Positions 36,117 through 46,514 of a DNA stretch of 64,000 nucleotides are shown here, one piece after another. The DNA is from Escherichia phage fDHCT2. A model generated the notes under the pieces. It was not told where the DNA came from and searched no databases. It was given only the letters and a program-made list of their open reading frames with translations. The DNA is taken from the sequence record OR427838.1. One strand, 5' to 3'. A program made the position numbers and the translations under genes. Position 1 is the stretch's first letter; each line of letters starts with the position of its first letter.

Positions 36117-36299
36117 TTACTCACCTTTAGAGATTTTATCCATAACGAAAGAAATTGAACCAATTAAGAATGCCACTACTAAAGAAATTATATTCTCGGA
36201 AGTTGAAAGCATATCGAGCATGAATCCTGCAAACATACTAAAGCCGAAAGCAGTAACAGCGGCCAGTGCAGTAACATTTCTAATTAATTCACAACGTTT
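36117..36299 (-). CDS. small membrane protein (~60 aa)
   Basis: start at MKRCELIRNV; hydrophobic helices. Confidence 0.45.
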   Translation of the reverse strand, partial: KRCELIRNVTALAAVTAFGFSMFAGFMLDMLSTSENIISLVVAFLIGSISFVMDKISKGE

Positions 36300-36338
36300 C
36301 ATTTTATTCTCCAATCACTCATTTGTTTTGATAGGGCT

Positions 36339-36368
36339 ATAGTATCACCACTAAAGCCCGTTGTAAAC
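36339..36368 (-). promoter_or_regulatory. T4-type early sigma70 promoter
   Basis: GTTTAC-18nt-TACTAT with TGa. Confidence 0.5.
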
Positions 36369-36370
36369 AC

Positions 36371-37317
<947 letters not shown>

Positions 37318-37325
<8 letters not shown>

Positions 37326-38079
37326 TTTTATTTCCTAATAATTTATCAATAGTAGTGTATAGTTCAGAAAGAGTGCCGTTATTTTCAACAACAACGTCAC
37401 CAGGTAAAATTGGTAGACCCGCTTCAGTGATGTGCGAGTCTTGTACTTGACCGGTTTCAGCGCGAACTACATGAATAATCGTAGCACCCATCGCTCTGAG
37501 CGAATCAATTTCGTGTGTTTGACGAACATCAGGTACGACATAGTATTTCGCATCAGAGTATATTTTATCAAAATAGTCTAAAGCGAACAACTTAACCCAA
37601 TACATCTTATCAAATTGGTTAACAATAATATCAGTCCCAAGGGTCTGCATGAGACGACGTACTGACCAATTGTTATTTTTATTTATTACTTCAAACAGTT
37701 GGTCTTTTGTTTCTTCAGACAGATACTGGACCGGGGTAAGACCATAATGATATGCGGTACGAACATCCATTCCTGGAATAGGAAGGATATTATTCAGTTT
37801 GACAATAGCATTTTCAAAGATATCAATCACATCATATGGTTTTAAAGGAAGGATTTCTTCACGGTCGTAACCGATACCTTCAAAACAGTTAAAATCGAGT
37901 TTAGGCATATAACTACGGTCGAATACAGGGTCATCAGAGATGTATTCATAGGCTTCAGCCAGATACTTTTTAATAGGACCTGCTAGCTGAAATTTTACCG
38001 AATCCATATTTTCGATTACATAGTTAGCAACGGTATCCTTACCGCTACGTTTGATTCCTACAATTGATATTAGTTTCAT
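37318..38079 (-). CDS. 1: Deoxynucleoside monophosphate kinase (gene 1)
   Basis: GIKRSGKDT P-loop, SVRRLMQTLGTDIIVNQFDKMYWVKLFALDY matches T4 gp1. Confidence 0.9.
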
Positions 38080-38669
38080 TATTTTCTCATAGATGGATGC
38101 ATAGACATACGAGCCACACGTTGTTCGGCATACGAATCAATTTGTGGACGACCTGTAACTATTGTACCATCTATTTCTACAGCAAACGATTTGAAGTTGA
38201 ATGTTGCTGTAGCGATTATCGCAGGGTCAGAATCTTCTTTATACGAGTACTGGATTTCCGAGAGGTCAGAGGGCCAACCACCATAGTAATGAATGCTCAT
38301 TACGATTTTCTGTTTGTTGTTATCAAGGATGTGGAGCGTAATTGCTTCAGGTAAGCCTTTAGGATGCCAGGCTTCTGAATCATGGGTTACGTAGTTGTTT
38401 AATGATAACATCCACTTATAAACGTCAAGCCATGATTTCAATTCTTTGTCCACAAGAAAGTTCACGACCAATGGGTCGAATTCTACAGTAGAACCTGGCA
38501 GCTTAGCACGATGTATGCCCTGGGTCGATCCTGGGACGTCTGAGATCGGAATATGGATACCAGGTAGTGTTACATCTTGTACGTTCAATTTGAATGACTG
38601 TGTCATTCCTGAGTCACTAACCTCTAAGATAAAGTTAGTGGTGTTAGTTTGGTTAAATAAACCGTTCAT
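38079..38669 (-). CDS. 3: Tail completion/sheath stabiliser gp3 (start uncertain: 38669, 38606 or 38831)
   Basis: ORF between gene 1 and gene 2 as in T4; AGGA SD before Met at 38669; longest ORF would overlap gp2. Confidence 0.6.
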   Translation of the reverse strand: MNGLFNQTNTTNFILEVSDSGMTQSFKLNVQDVTLPGIHIPISDVPGSTQGIHRAKLPGSTVEFDPLVVNFLVDKELKSWLDVYKWMLSLNNYVTHDSEAWHPKGLPEAITLHILDNNKQKIVMSIHYYGGWPSDLSEIQYSYKEDSDPAIIATATFNFKSFAVEIDGTIVTGRPQIDSYAEQRVARMSMHPSMRK

Positions 38670-38751
38670 AAGGTTCCTATATTGCTTAAGTCCCGGACAG
38701 TGTATAATGGTCCTAGGTCTGTTCCATTCAATAACTGGCTGGGATAATAGA

Positions 38752-39579
38752 TTATGAATTCTTCCATACTTTCTGAGCTGAGTAACGCTTACCTTTAGAC
38801 ATAAATTGCTGAAGTGGAAGCATGACCACATTAGCCCAATCAGCAGGTTTTATCTCTACTAAAGGGCCCTTGATATTTCCAGGGATATAAGCCTTAATCA
38901 TCACGTCTGCACCAGCGAATCCTTTTACCTTACTCCAATCGATTTTTAATTTAGTCGAGTTAGTAATGATAGGCGTACTCGCGTATTGCTTCAGCAATTC
39001 TTCCAGAAATTGTTGACGTGCTTTAGGTGGAATATAGTGTAAGTTCAGTCCGTACATTAAATTATGCTTACCTAACCCAAGATAAATGATTAAAGGATAT
39101 TTGTCCCAGTATGGTAGGGTATCCTTGTGCTTGGCGTCATAGATATAAGCATAAAGCTTACCAGGAGATGGTTTAGATACCTGGTGTCCACGAATTCCTT
39201 TCTTTAATGTTTCTGTAAACCATTTAGCTGATTTATTGTTTACAGCGGCGCCTTCGTTAGCAATCTTATCACGAATACTCTTTCTAAAACTATTCACCAA
39301 AATTAATTGACGTTCGGCTTTGGTTAATTTATTGCCAGGTTTATTCTGAAGTTTTTCAACCTGTACAGCAGTTTTAATTCGACTCGAGTATCGAGACATC
39401 GCAGATGTAAAGCTAGAATACTTAATGCCTTTATCTTCAGCGAATTTCTTAGCCGAGACACCTTTAGCCTTAGCCTTGGCATATTCAACGCCTAAAGTTA
39501 TCCATTGTTGTTCTGAACGAGTAGGCTTGGAACCTTTTGTGGTTTCAGTAGCCTCATTGATGTAGGAAAATATACTCAT
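38752..39579 (-). CDS. 2: DNA-end protector gp2
   Basis: ~275 aa between genes 3 and 4; ATGA overlap with gp4 stop. Confidence 0.8.
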   Translation of the reverse strand: MSIFSYINEATETTKGSKPTRSEQQWITLGVEYAKAKAKGVSAKKFAEDKGIKYSSFTSAMSRYSSRIKTAVQVEKLQNKPGNKLTKAERQLILVNSFRKSIRDKIANEGAAVNNKSAKWFTETLKKGIRGHQVSKPSPGKLYAYIYDAKHKDTLPYWDKYPLIIYLGLGKHNLMYGLNLHYIPPKARQQFLEELLKQYASTPIITNSTKLKIDWSKVKGFAGADVMIKAYIPGNIKGPLVEIKPADWANVVMLPLQQFMSKGKRYSAQKVWKNS

Positions 39580-40025
39580 CCTTTCCATCCTAATTTTTTC
39601 AGTGAATGTTCGGTAATCAATCTAAAGGTGATACCCATTTTATCTGCTGTAGCTTTAGCTGCTTTCCACTTATCAGTATTAACAGACCAAGTATAGTGTT
39701 CGTTGATATATCTCTTTTTAGCAGCCGTAGTCATTTTAACAGGCACCGCAGGAGCATGGGTTTCTTTAAAAGGTTTGACTTCAAAAAAGAATTGTTGGCC
39801 TGTATCAAATTTAACCCAGAAGTCCATAAAATATCGTCTTTTCTTTCCTTCAGCATTGCAAAAGTAAGGAATGACCACCTCTTCTGAATTCCACTGGACT
39901 ACATTAGGATGGTTGTCAAGCCAACGCATAAACCATGCTTCCCAAGAGGAACGATATTGGATTTTCTTCCAATCACCTTTATATTTTTGTAAGTTTGTAG
40001 GTTTAAATTTCCCTGAGTAAGCCAT
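39576..40025 (-). CDS. 4: Head completion protein gp4
   Basis: 149 aa, position and size as T4 gp4; divergent from gene 53. Confidence 0.85.
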   Translation of the reverse strand: MAYSGKFKPTNLQKYKGDWKKIQYRSSWEAWFMRWLDNHPNVVQWNSEEVVIPYFCNAEGKKRRYFMDFWVKFDTGQQFFFEVKPFKETHAPAVPVKMTTAAKKRYINEHYTWSVNTDKWKAAKATADKMGITFRLITEHSLKKLGWKG

Positions 40026-40036
40026 AGTTGCCTCCT

Positions 40037-40044
40037 TATAAATA
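40037..40044 (+). promoter_or_regulatory. late promoter TATAAATA for gene 53
   Basis: exact TATAAATA ~30 nt upstream of gp53 ATG. Confidence 0.6.
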
Positions 40045-40051
40045 TTAATAT

Positions 40052-40059
40052 TATTTATA
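40052..40059 (-). promoter_or_regulatory. late promoter TATAAATA for genes 4-2-3
   Basis: exact TATAAATA on minus strand upstream of gp4 start; forms a palindrome with the plus-strand box. Confidence 0.6.
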
Positions 40060-40071
40060 CTCGGAGGCCCT

Positions 40072-40674
40072 ATGCTCTTCTCATTTTTCGATCCTATCGA
40101 TTACGAATCAAAAACAGTCAAGCCGGATTCGGGCTCATTAACAAATGCCGATGTACTGAGCGTGCCGATGACTGATATATTTAGAAATTATAAAGAATAT
40201 TTTGATAAAGTGGCTAAAAACTATACACTAAAGACTTATTATATCAACGGGGCCCCACGCCCTGAAGAATTAGCCCATCAACTTTATGGTAATGTCCAAT
40301 TATATTGGGTTTTATTGATGTGTAATAATGTATACGACCCTTATTACGGCTGGATTACAGGCCAAGAAGTCGCATATCAAGCGGCAATCCAAAGATATTC
40401 TACTGCAGGTGGCAATCAAGTTCTTTATCATGTTAATGAAAAGGGTGAGAAATTCTGGAATCTTGTTAATACTCCAGAAAACCCATATACTTGGTATGAT
40501 AAAGGTGATACAGAAAAACGTTATCCTCAATATGAGGGCCCTTTGGCTGCAGTAGATATTTACGAGGATGCTATTCGTAAAAATGAATATAAGCGCGAAA
40601 TAAAGATTGTAGACCCTAATGATATTGAGTCCTTTATTTCTGCCCTTATTCGCGAAATGGAGAAAGCCCTCTAA
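40072..40674 (+). CDS. 53: Baseplate wedge protein gp53
   Basis: 200 aa; first plus-strand late gene, followed by gene 5 as in T4. Confidence 0.85.
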   Translation: MLFSFFDPIDYESKTVKPDSGSLTNADVLSVPMTDIFRNYKEYFDKVAKNYTLKTYYINGAPRPEELAHQLYGNVQLYWVLLMCNNVYDPYYGWITGQEVAYQAAIQRYSTAGGNQVLYHVNEKGEKFWNLVNTPENPYTWYDKGDTEKRYPQYEGPLAAVDIYEDAIRKNEYKREIKIVDPNDIESFISALIREMEKAL

Positions 40675-42461
40675 TGATTAACATGTCTGATAATGTAAGT
40701 TGGTTCGTCGGTGTAGTTGAAGACCGAATGGACCCGCTCAAACAAGGCCGAGTACGTGTACGCGTATGGGGTATGCATCCCTATGAAAAGGTACAAGGCC
40801 CTGTAAAAGGTCTTCGTACAGAAGATTTACCATGGATGTCGGTATTAATGCCTACATCTTCGGCCTCTGTTTCAGGTATACAAACCGCTATGACCGGTAT
40901 GGTCCCAGGTACACAAGTTTATGGCCACTTTCTTGATAAGTGGAAATTAAACGGACTTGTCCTCGGTACATACGGTTCTGCATCAAAACAAAAAGCAAAC
41001 CCTAATGAAGGTTTTAGCGACCCAACAGGCCAATATCCACTTTATTTAGGTAACGATGCCGCTGCACTAAACCGAGGTGGTGAAGTTGGATATGATGCCA
41101 CTTCTAACGTAATCCAGGATTCTAACCTAGATTTAGGTATTAATCCTGACGGTTTAGATTTAAGTCAAGTCAAGCCTGACGATAATCCTAATTTCACAAT
41201 AGAAAACATGCTTCACCGTGATGAAGGGCTTCGACTGAAGGTATATTGGGACACCGAAGGTTATCCTACTATCGGTATAGGTCACCTTATTACGCCACAA
41301 CCTATTAGAGATATGAACCAAATAAACAAAATATTGTCTAAACAAATAGGTCGAGAAGTTAAAGGTAACCCTGGTGCAATATCAATGGACGAGGCTTCTA
41401 AATTATTCCAAGAAGACCTTAAAAAAGTCCAAAGCGATATAGGTCGACATAGTGTTGTGGGTCCGGTTTACAATAAAGAAAACCGTTCAAGACAAATGGC
41501 TCTTGAAAACATGGCTTTCCAAATGGGTTTAGGTGGGCTTGCTAAATTCCGTGGTATGCTCAGTGCTATGCTAATAGGCGATTATAAAAAGGCATTTGAG
41601 GAAGCTCGTAATTCAGTGTGGTTCAACCAAACTAAGGGCCGTGCATCAAGGGTATCAATGATTATCCTTACAGGTAACATGGAATCATACGGTATTATGG
41701 CCCCTAAAGAAAGGTCATTTAAAGGGCGTTCGTATAGAATGATTCAAACTTTTGCCGCACCTGCAAATTCAGACCCAGCCGACCCATGGACCCCAGAAGA
41801 TACAAGGATTCTGTTTAAAGAGCCAGAATCAAGTTACAAGGGCGAATATCCTTACGTGCAGACAATGCAAACTGAAGGTGGGCATATCCAAGAATTCGAT
41901 AACACCCCAGGGCAAGAACGTTATCGTTTAATCCATCCTACAGGTAGTTATGAAGAAGTTGCTCCTGATGGCCGCAAAACTTCTAAGACGGTAGCCGATG
42001 GTTATTATATGACCCAAGGCGATTCTAATACTTATGTCGGCGGTAATAATAAAGTCAACATAGGCGGTGATGAAACATATTATAATATGGCTAACGTTCG
42101 CCGTCAGACCGACGGAAACGAAAGCATTCATATTCGAGGGAATGAAACCAAAACTGTAGAAGGTAATGGAACTCTGCTTGTTAAAGGAAATGTTAAAATA
42201 GTTATTATGGGTACTGCTGATATAACTGTTGAACAAGAAGCATATATTACGGTTGAAAAAGATACAACAGTTAATGTCAACCAGAATGCAGATATAAGCG
42301 TTAAACAAAAGGCCACAATCAATGCTCAAAATATGGATGTAAATGTCGAACAAGATTTAAATTTTGCAGCGACGAACATTAATTTAAACGCATCAAATAC
42401 TGTGCATATGGATGGCGGTTCATTAGCTAAAGTATCTGGTGGCAACGTACAGGTCGGTTAA
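40674..42461 (+). CDS. 5: Baseplate hub/cell-puncturing protein gp5 with lysozyme domain
   Basis: N-terminal WFVGVVEDRMDP...RVRVRVWG, lysozyme-like GLRLKVYWDTEGYPTIGIGHL, C-terminal beta-helix repeats. Confidence 0.9.
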   Translation: MINMSDNVSWFVGVVEDRMDPLKQGRVRVRVWGMHPYEKVQGPVKGLRTEDLPWMSVLMPTSSASVSGIQTAMTGMVPGTQVYGHFLDKWKLNGLVLGTYGSASKQKANPNEGFSDPTGQYPLYLGNDAAALNRGGEVGYDATSNVIQDSNLDLGINPDGLDLSQVKPDDNPNFTIENMLHRDEGLRLKVYWDTEGYPTIGIGHLITPQPIRDMNQINKILSKQIGREVKGNPGAISMDEASKLFQEDLKKVQSDIGRHSVVGPVYNKENRSRQMALENMAFQMGLGGLAKFRGMLSAMLIGDYKKAFEEARNSVWFNQTKGRASRVSMIILTGNMESYGIMAPKERSFKGRSYRMIQTFAAPANSDPADPWTPEDTRILFKEPESSYKGEYPYVQTMQTEGGHIQEFDNTPGQERYRLIHPTGSYEEVAPDGRKTSKTVADGYYMTQGDSNTYVGGNNKVNIGGDETYYNMANVRRQTDGNESIHIRGNETKTVEGNGTLLVKGNVKIVIMGTADITVEQEAYITVEKDTTVNVNQNADISVKQKATINAQNMDVNVEQDLNFAATNINLNASNTVHMDGGSLAKVSGGNVQVG

Positions 42462-42462
42462 T

Positions 42463-44526
42463 ATGAATTACTACGATAAAGTTGATGAAGTGGTAGGGAC
42501 TGTAACAAGTCCCTGTGATGACGCAGTAGGACCTGGTGAATATCGCCGGGTTAAATGGGAATTATATAACCCAACAGGTGCTTTTATTCAACCCGGGAAT
42601 GGCGTTGAATGGGATACCGAGATTATTCCACTAGCTACACATTTATACACACAAAATCCATTTGGTAATAAGTCCGAAACTTTTCCTGCACCTCCCCCGC
42701 CGGAAGATGGAACAAGTCAAGGTATCTGGTGTGCTAAACTCGGAATATTCTTTATTACGCAATTGGATTTAGAAAATTATGTAGAATCGATTGGTGCAAC
42801 TCTTTTGCCCGGTAATGATTGGTACGGCGCTGATTTATCAAAATCTGTATTGTATAAAACATCTATTGAATATGATATGTATCGCATCGAAAACTGTGGC
42901 GGTGTATGGACGTCACAAGGCCCCAGAATGGACCCCAGGACGATGATTGCAGTTACGGCTGATTATCATATGTATGTCAACTTTAACGGCCTTGGTGACT
43001 CCCGCAGGGCTTATTTGAAGTACTATGAGACAAAACCTTGTACTTATGTTGGACTGGTATTAAATCTAGATGTTGATATGAGTATCCCAGGAACTCCGAT
43101 TCCAGGACCGGTATCCATCGGGTCTTTACCACCAGAAATAACCGGGCGAGCCAGGGCAATAAGCTGTGTTCCTTTTACAGCGGAATTCCCTTACAACGGA
43201 TTGACCAATGCGATTATGGCTTCATGGAATACATCTAGGAATTCATTCAAATTATATTGGGATATGCTCCCTGGATGGCCATCATCTGGTGGAACCGATT
43301 GGGAAAAATTCTTCGATTCCGGTTATAGTAAGCTATCGGTCGCAATGGAAGAGCTAGGCAACTCAGCTGTTGCTATGTGTCAATATGTTCAGCAAATGGC
43401 TTTTCTTGCATTTAAAGATGCCATATCACAGGTCTTGGATATTGTTGGTGGTGGGTGGGACTTACTTAAAAGCTTTTTACCCTCGATTACTATTATGGGC
43501 ATGACTATTGACCTGGAAGACCTCTGCACTTCAGGTGATGGTGTACAGAAATTAAAAGAAGCATGGAAAAACTTTAATTTAGAAGAAACCATCCAATCGA
43601 TTTATTCTGCCATTGGGTCGGCATACGATTATTCGGTTGAACGCGTCAAGATGTATTCGCGTGACCTTATTGATGCAATTACAGATTTGTATGACTGGGC
43701 CTGGTCTCAATTGCTTATGGCTGGTGTTGCATTATCAAAACTGTGTGTAGACCTCGCTCAAATATGGAGTATGCCTCCTATAGTTCCGAACCCAGTTTGG
43801 AGCGTTATTACTGCGGTCAAGGAAATGATGAAGCAAGTTAAACCACTGGACATGATAATGAGCGGTAACTTTCCAGGATTCACAGCATCAGATGTTTATC
43901 AAATGGTTATGGAAAAGGTAGACCAGAAAATAGACGAAGCTTATGCAATGATTGAGGCTCTTAAAACCCAGGCACTCAATCTGTGGAATGAGATTAAGCT
44001 CAAAAAGCAAGAAGTACAAAAACAAGCTATTGAATTTAAACAATATCTTTCAGGAATGTACGAAAAAGTTACAGACGAGCTAACTGCTCAGAAGGAAGCC
44101 GCATTAGCACAAGCTGAAGCTGCACTTGAACTTTTAAAGAATAAATATAAACAGATTAAGAACTCTATTACCGAAAGTCAAACCTCCGTTTCTGATGTAT
44201 TAGATATGGCTTTAGAAGAATTCAAAAAACTTCCTATTGTGGCTCAAATGGAAGAACTTCTCGGTATGCTCGGAGCTACTGTAGATGATATCATGGTTAT
44301 ATACGAGAACTCAGTAACTAAAGCAAAATCTTTATATCACGAATTTACTGATGGTTCCAGGTCAATGAAAGACTTGTGCAAATCAATGTATAACCAAATA
44401 TCAACATTATCCTTAAGTAAGGTGGTACAATGGATTAATAAGATGCTGGGAATATTCGGTTTAACGATTGCATTTCCATCCCTTTCCATTTGCATACCTT
44501 GTTTAGAATCTCCTACTAGGAATTAA
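42463..44526 (+). CDS. hypothetical 687-aa protein (baseplate-module insert; coiled-coil C-terminal half)
   Basis: ATG 1 nt after gp5 stop, stop 1 nt before gp6 ATG; no T4 counterpart of this size that I know at this locus. Confidence 0.6.
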   Translation: MNYYDKVDEVVGTVTSPCDDAVGPGEYRRVKWELYNPTGAFIQPGNGVEWDTEIIPLATHLYTQNPFGNKSETFPAPPPPEDGTSQGIWCAKLGIFFITQLDLENYVESIGATLLPGNDWYGADLSKSVLYKTSIEYDMYRIENCGGVWTSQGPRMDPRTMIAVTADYHMYVNFNGLGDSRRAYLKYYETKPCTYVGLVLNLDVDMSIPGTPIPGPVSIGSLPPEITGRARAISCVPFTAEFPYNGLTNAIMASWNTSRNSFKLYWDMLPGWPSSGGTDWEKFFDSGYSKLSVAMEELGNSAVAMCQYVQQMAFLAFKDAISQVLDIVGGGWDLLKSFLPSITIMGMTIDLEDLCTSGDGVQKLKEAWKNFNLEETIQSIYSAIGSAYDYSVERVKMYSRDLIDAITDLYDWAWSQLLMAGVALSKLCVDLAQIWSMPPIVPNPVWSVITAVKEMMKQVKPLDMIMSGNFPGFTASDVYQMVMEKVDQKIDEAYAMIEALKTQALNLWNEIKLKKQEVQKQAIEFKQYLSGMYEKVTDELTAQKEAALAQAEAALELLKNKYKQIKNSITESQTSVSDVLDMALEEFKKLPIVAQMEELLGMLGATVDDIMVIYENSVTKAKSLYHEFTDGSRSMKDLCKSMYNQISTLSLSKVVQWINKMLGIFGLTIAFPSLSICIPCLESPTRN

Positions 44527-44527
44527 A

Positions 44528-46486
44528 ATGGCTACTCCTACGAATTACCAATTAACAAGAACCGTTAACGCTATCCCAAAAGTATTTGTGGGAGCTACGT
44601 TTGAAGAAATTAAAAAGAATATTATAGACTGGCTTTCTAGCCAGGACGAATTTAAGGATTATGATTTCGTTGGTTCTCGAATGAATATCCTTATTGATAT
44701 GCTTGCTTATAATACCCTTTATATGCAGCAATTTGCTAACACCGCTTTATACGAATCTTTTATAGGAACTGCAAACCTTCGTTCTTCGGTTGTCCAGGCT
44801 GCACAAGATAATGGATATCTTCCTAGTTCTAAATCCGCGGCAAAAACTTCCGTAATGCTTACGTGTACTCAGGCCCTTAATGAAAAGAATATTCGTATTC
44901 CACGTGGTACTAAATTCTTGGCTTATGCTCGTGATACTTCAGCCGATCCATATGCCTTTGTGACCACTGATAACGTTATTGCAGTGCGTGACGTTAATAA
45001 CCAGTACTGGCCCATTGTTTCTCTGGCTCAAGGACGTATTATTCGTACCGAACTTAAATACGACCCTAAAACTCCTATTCTTATTCGTGACCCGGATATT
45101 GATAGACAAGAAGTTAAACTTTATGTTGATGGGGCAGAATGGATTAACTGGACCGATAAATCAATGGTTCACGCTGGTAGCACCTCGACAATTTACTATA
45201 TGCGCGAAACCGTAGATGGTAATACTGAATTCTTCTTTGGTGAGGGTGAAGCCGAGAAATCTGTTGCAGGCGGAGTATTAGAAGCTAATTATATCGGCGG
45301 TCTAAAACCTGTTAAAGATTCTACCATTGTTATAGAGTACCTTCGTACAGACGGTGAAGTTGCAAACGGTGCAGTTGACTTCAGTTATGCTGACTCCTTG
45401 GCTTATATTACTGTAGAAAAAATTACTGAAAACTATAACGACGACCCCGATTATGTGGGTGCTGACGGTGGTGGTGACCCTGAAGATATTGAACGTATTC
45501 GCGAATTAGCCGTAGTTAAGCGTGAAGCCCAGATGCGTGCTGTAACAGGAACCGACTATGATACATTCGTATCTGAACGTTTTGGCTCTATTGTACAAGC
45601 AGTACAAACCTTTACAGACCCAAATAAACCAGGTTATGCTTTTGTCACCATTAAACCTAAATCAGGGCTATATTTGACAGCCGTCCAACGTGAAGACATC
45701 CAAGACTACCTAAAAGAATTTAACTTAGCCCCTATTACCGCTTCTGTTATTTCTCCTGATTATTTGTTCTTAAAGCATAAAATTAAGGTATCATATGCCT
45801 TGAATAAATTACAGGAATCTGAACAGTGGCTATCGGCTCAAATTCTTTCTCAGATAGACCGCTATTATATTAACGAAGTAGAAATTTTTAACCACGGATT
45901 CGCTAAGTCAAAAATGCTGACTTATATTGATAATGCTGACCATAGTATTTTAGGCTCCTCTGCTACCATAACAATGGTTCGTGAGGTATTGAACTTTTTC
46001 AAAACCCCTGAATCAGGTATTAAATACTATAATCAATACACCAACCGTTCTGTGGTTTCTAGTGAATTTGAGTTTGTCCCTACTATCGTTTCTGAAGACA
46101 GTCCGGCGTATAATGTCAGAATTGCCGCTACAGATAAAGACGAACGTGGTGATGGTAAAATGGTTATTGGTCCTTTCCGACCAGGAGATGTAATTGAAAA
46201 CCAATATATTAAACCATATACAGGAAATGACTTTGATAAAATGCCTGCTCCTGCAGACCAATCCGTTTATTACGTTATAGGTGAAATTGATTATTATTCA
46301 GATTTCATTTTCTGGGACATTGCGGCTATCGGTTTAACGTCCGATCGTTTTGAAGTTCAATCTATAGAACTTTATGCGGGACCTGACCAAGACAACATCT
46401 TTACAAAAGACGGTTCGTTAATCGTATTTGAAGATGACCTCCGCCCTCAATACACGACCATTGAATTAGAACCTATTACAATATAA
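44528..46486 (+). CDS. 6: Baseplate wedge protein gp6
   Basis: 652 aa; MATPTNYQLTRTVNAIPKVFVG..., GADGGGDPEDIERIRE match T4 gp6. Confidence 0.85.
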   Translation: MATPTNYQLTRTVNAIPKVFVGATFEEIKKNIIDWLSSQDEFKDYDFVGSRMNILIDMLAYNTLYMQQFANTALYESFIGTANLRSSVVQAAQDNGYLPSSKSAAKTSVMLTCTQALNEKNIRIPRGTKFLAYARDTSADPYAFVTTDNVIAVRDVNNQYWPIVSLAQGRIIRTELKYDPKTPILIRDPDIDRQEVKLYVDGAEWINWTDKSMVHAGSTSTIYYMRETVDGNTEFFFGEGEAEKSVAGGVLEANYIGGLKPVKDSTIVIEYLRTDGEVANGAVDFSYADSLAYITVEKITENYNDDPDYVGADGGGDPEDIERIRELAVVKREAQMRAVTGTDYDTFVSERFGSIVQAVQTFTDPNKPGYAFVTIKPKSGLYLTAVQREDIQDYLKEFNLAPITASVISPDYLFLKHKIKVSYALNKLQESEQWLSAQILSQIDRYYINEVEIFNHGFAKSKMLTYIDNADHSILGSSATITMVREVLNFFKTPESGIKYYNQYTNRSVVSSEFEFVPTIVSEDSPAYNVRIAATDKDERGDGKMVIGPFRPGDVIENQYIKPYTGNDFDKMPAPADQSVYYVIGEIDYYSDFIFWDIAAIGLTSDRFEVQSIELYAGPDQDNIFTKDGSLIVFEDDLRPQYTTIELEPITI

Positions 46487-46514
46487 GCCTCTTAGGAGGC
46501 TTTGAGGAGATTTA

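Noticed and set aside
42463-42760. PAAR-repeat spike-tip domain at the N-terminus of the 687-aa ORF
   Set aside because: No PAAR-like repeats or the expected His/Cys zinc-site pattern in the first ~100 aa; positional analogy alone is not enough.
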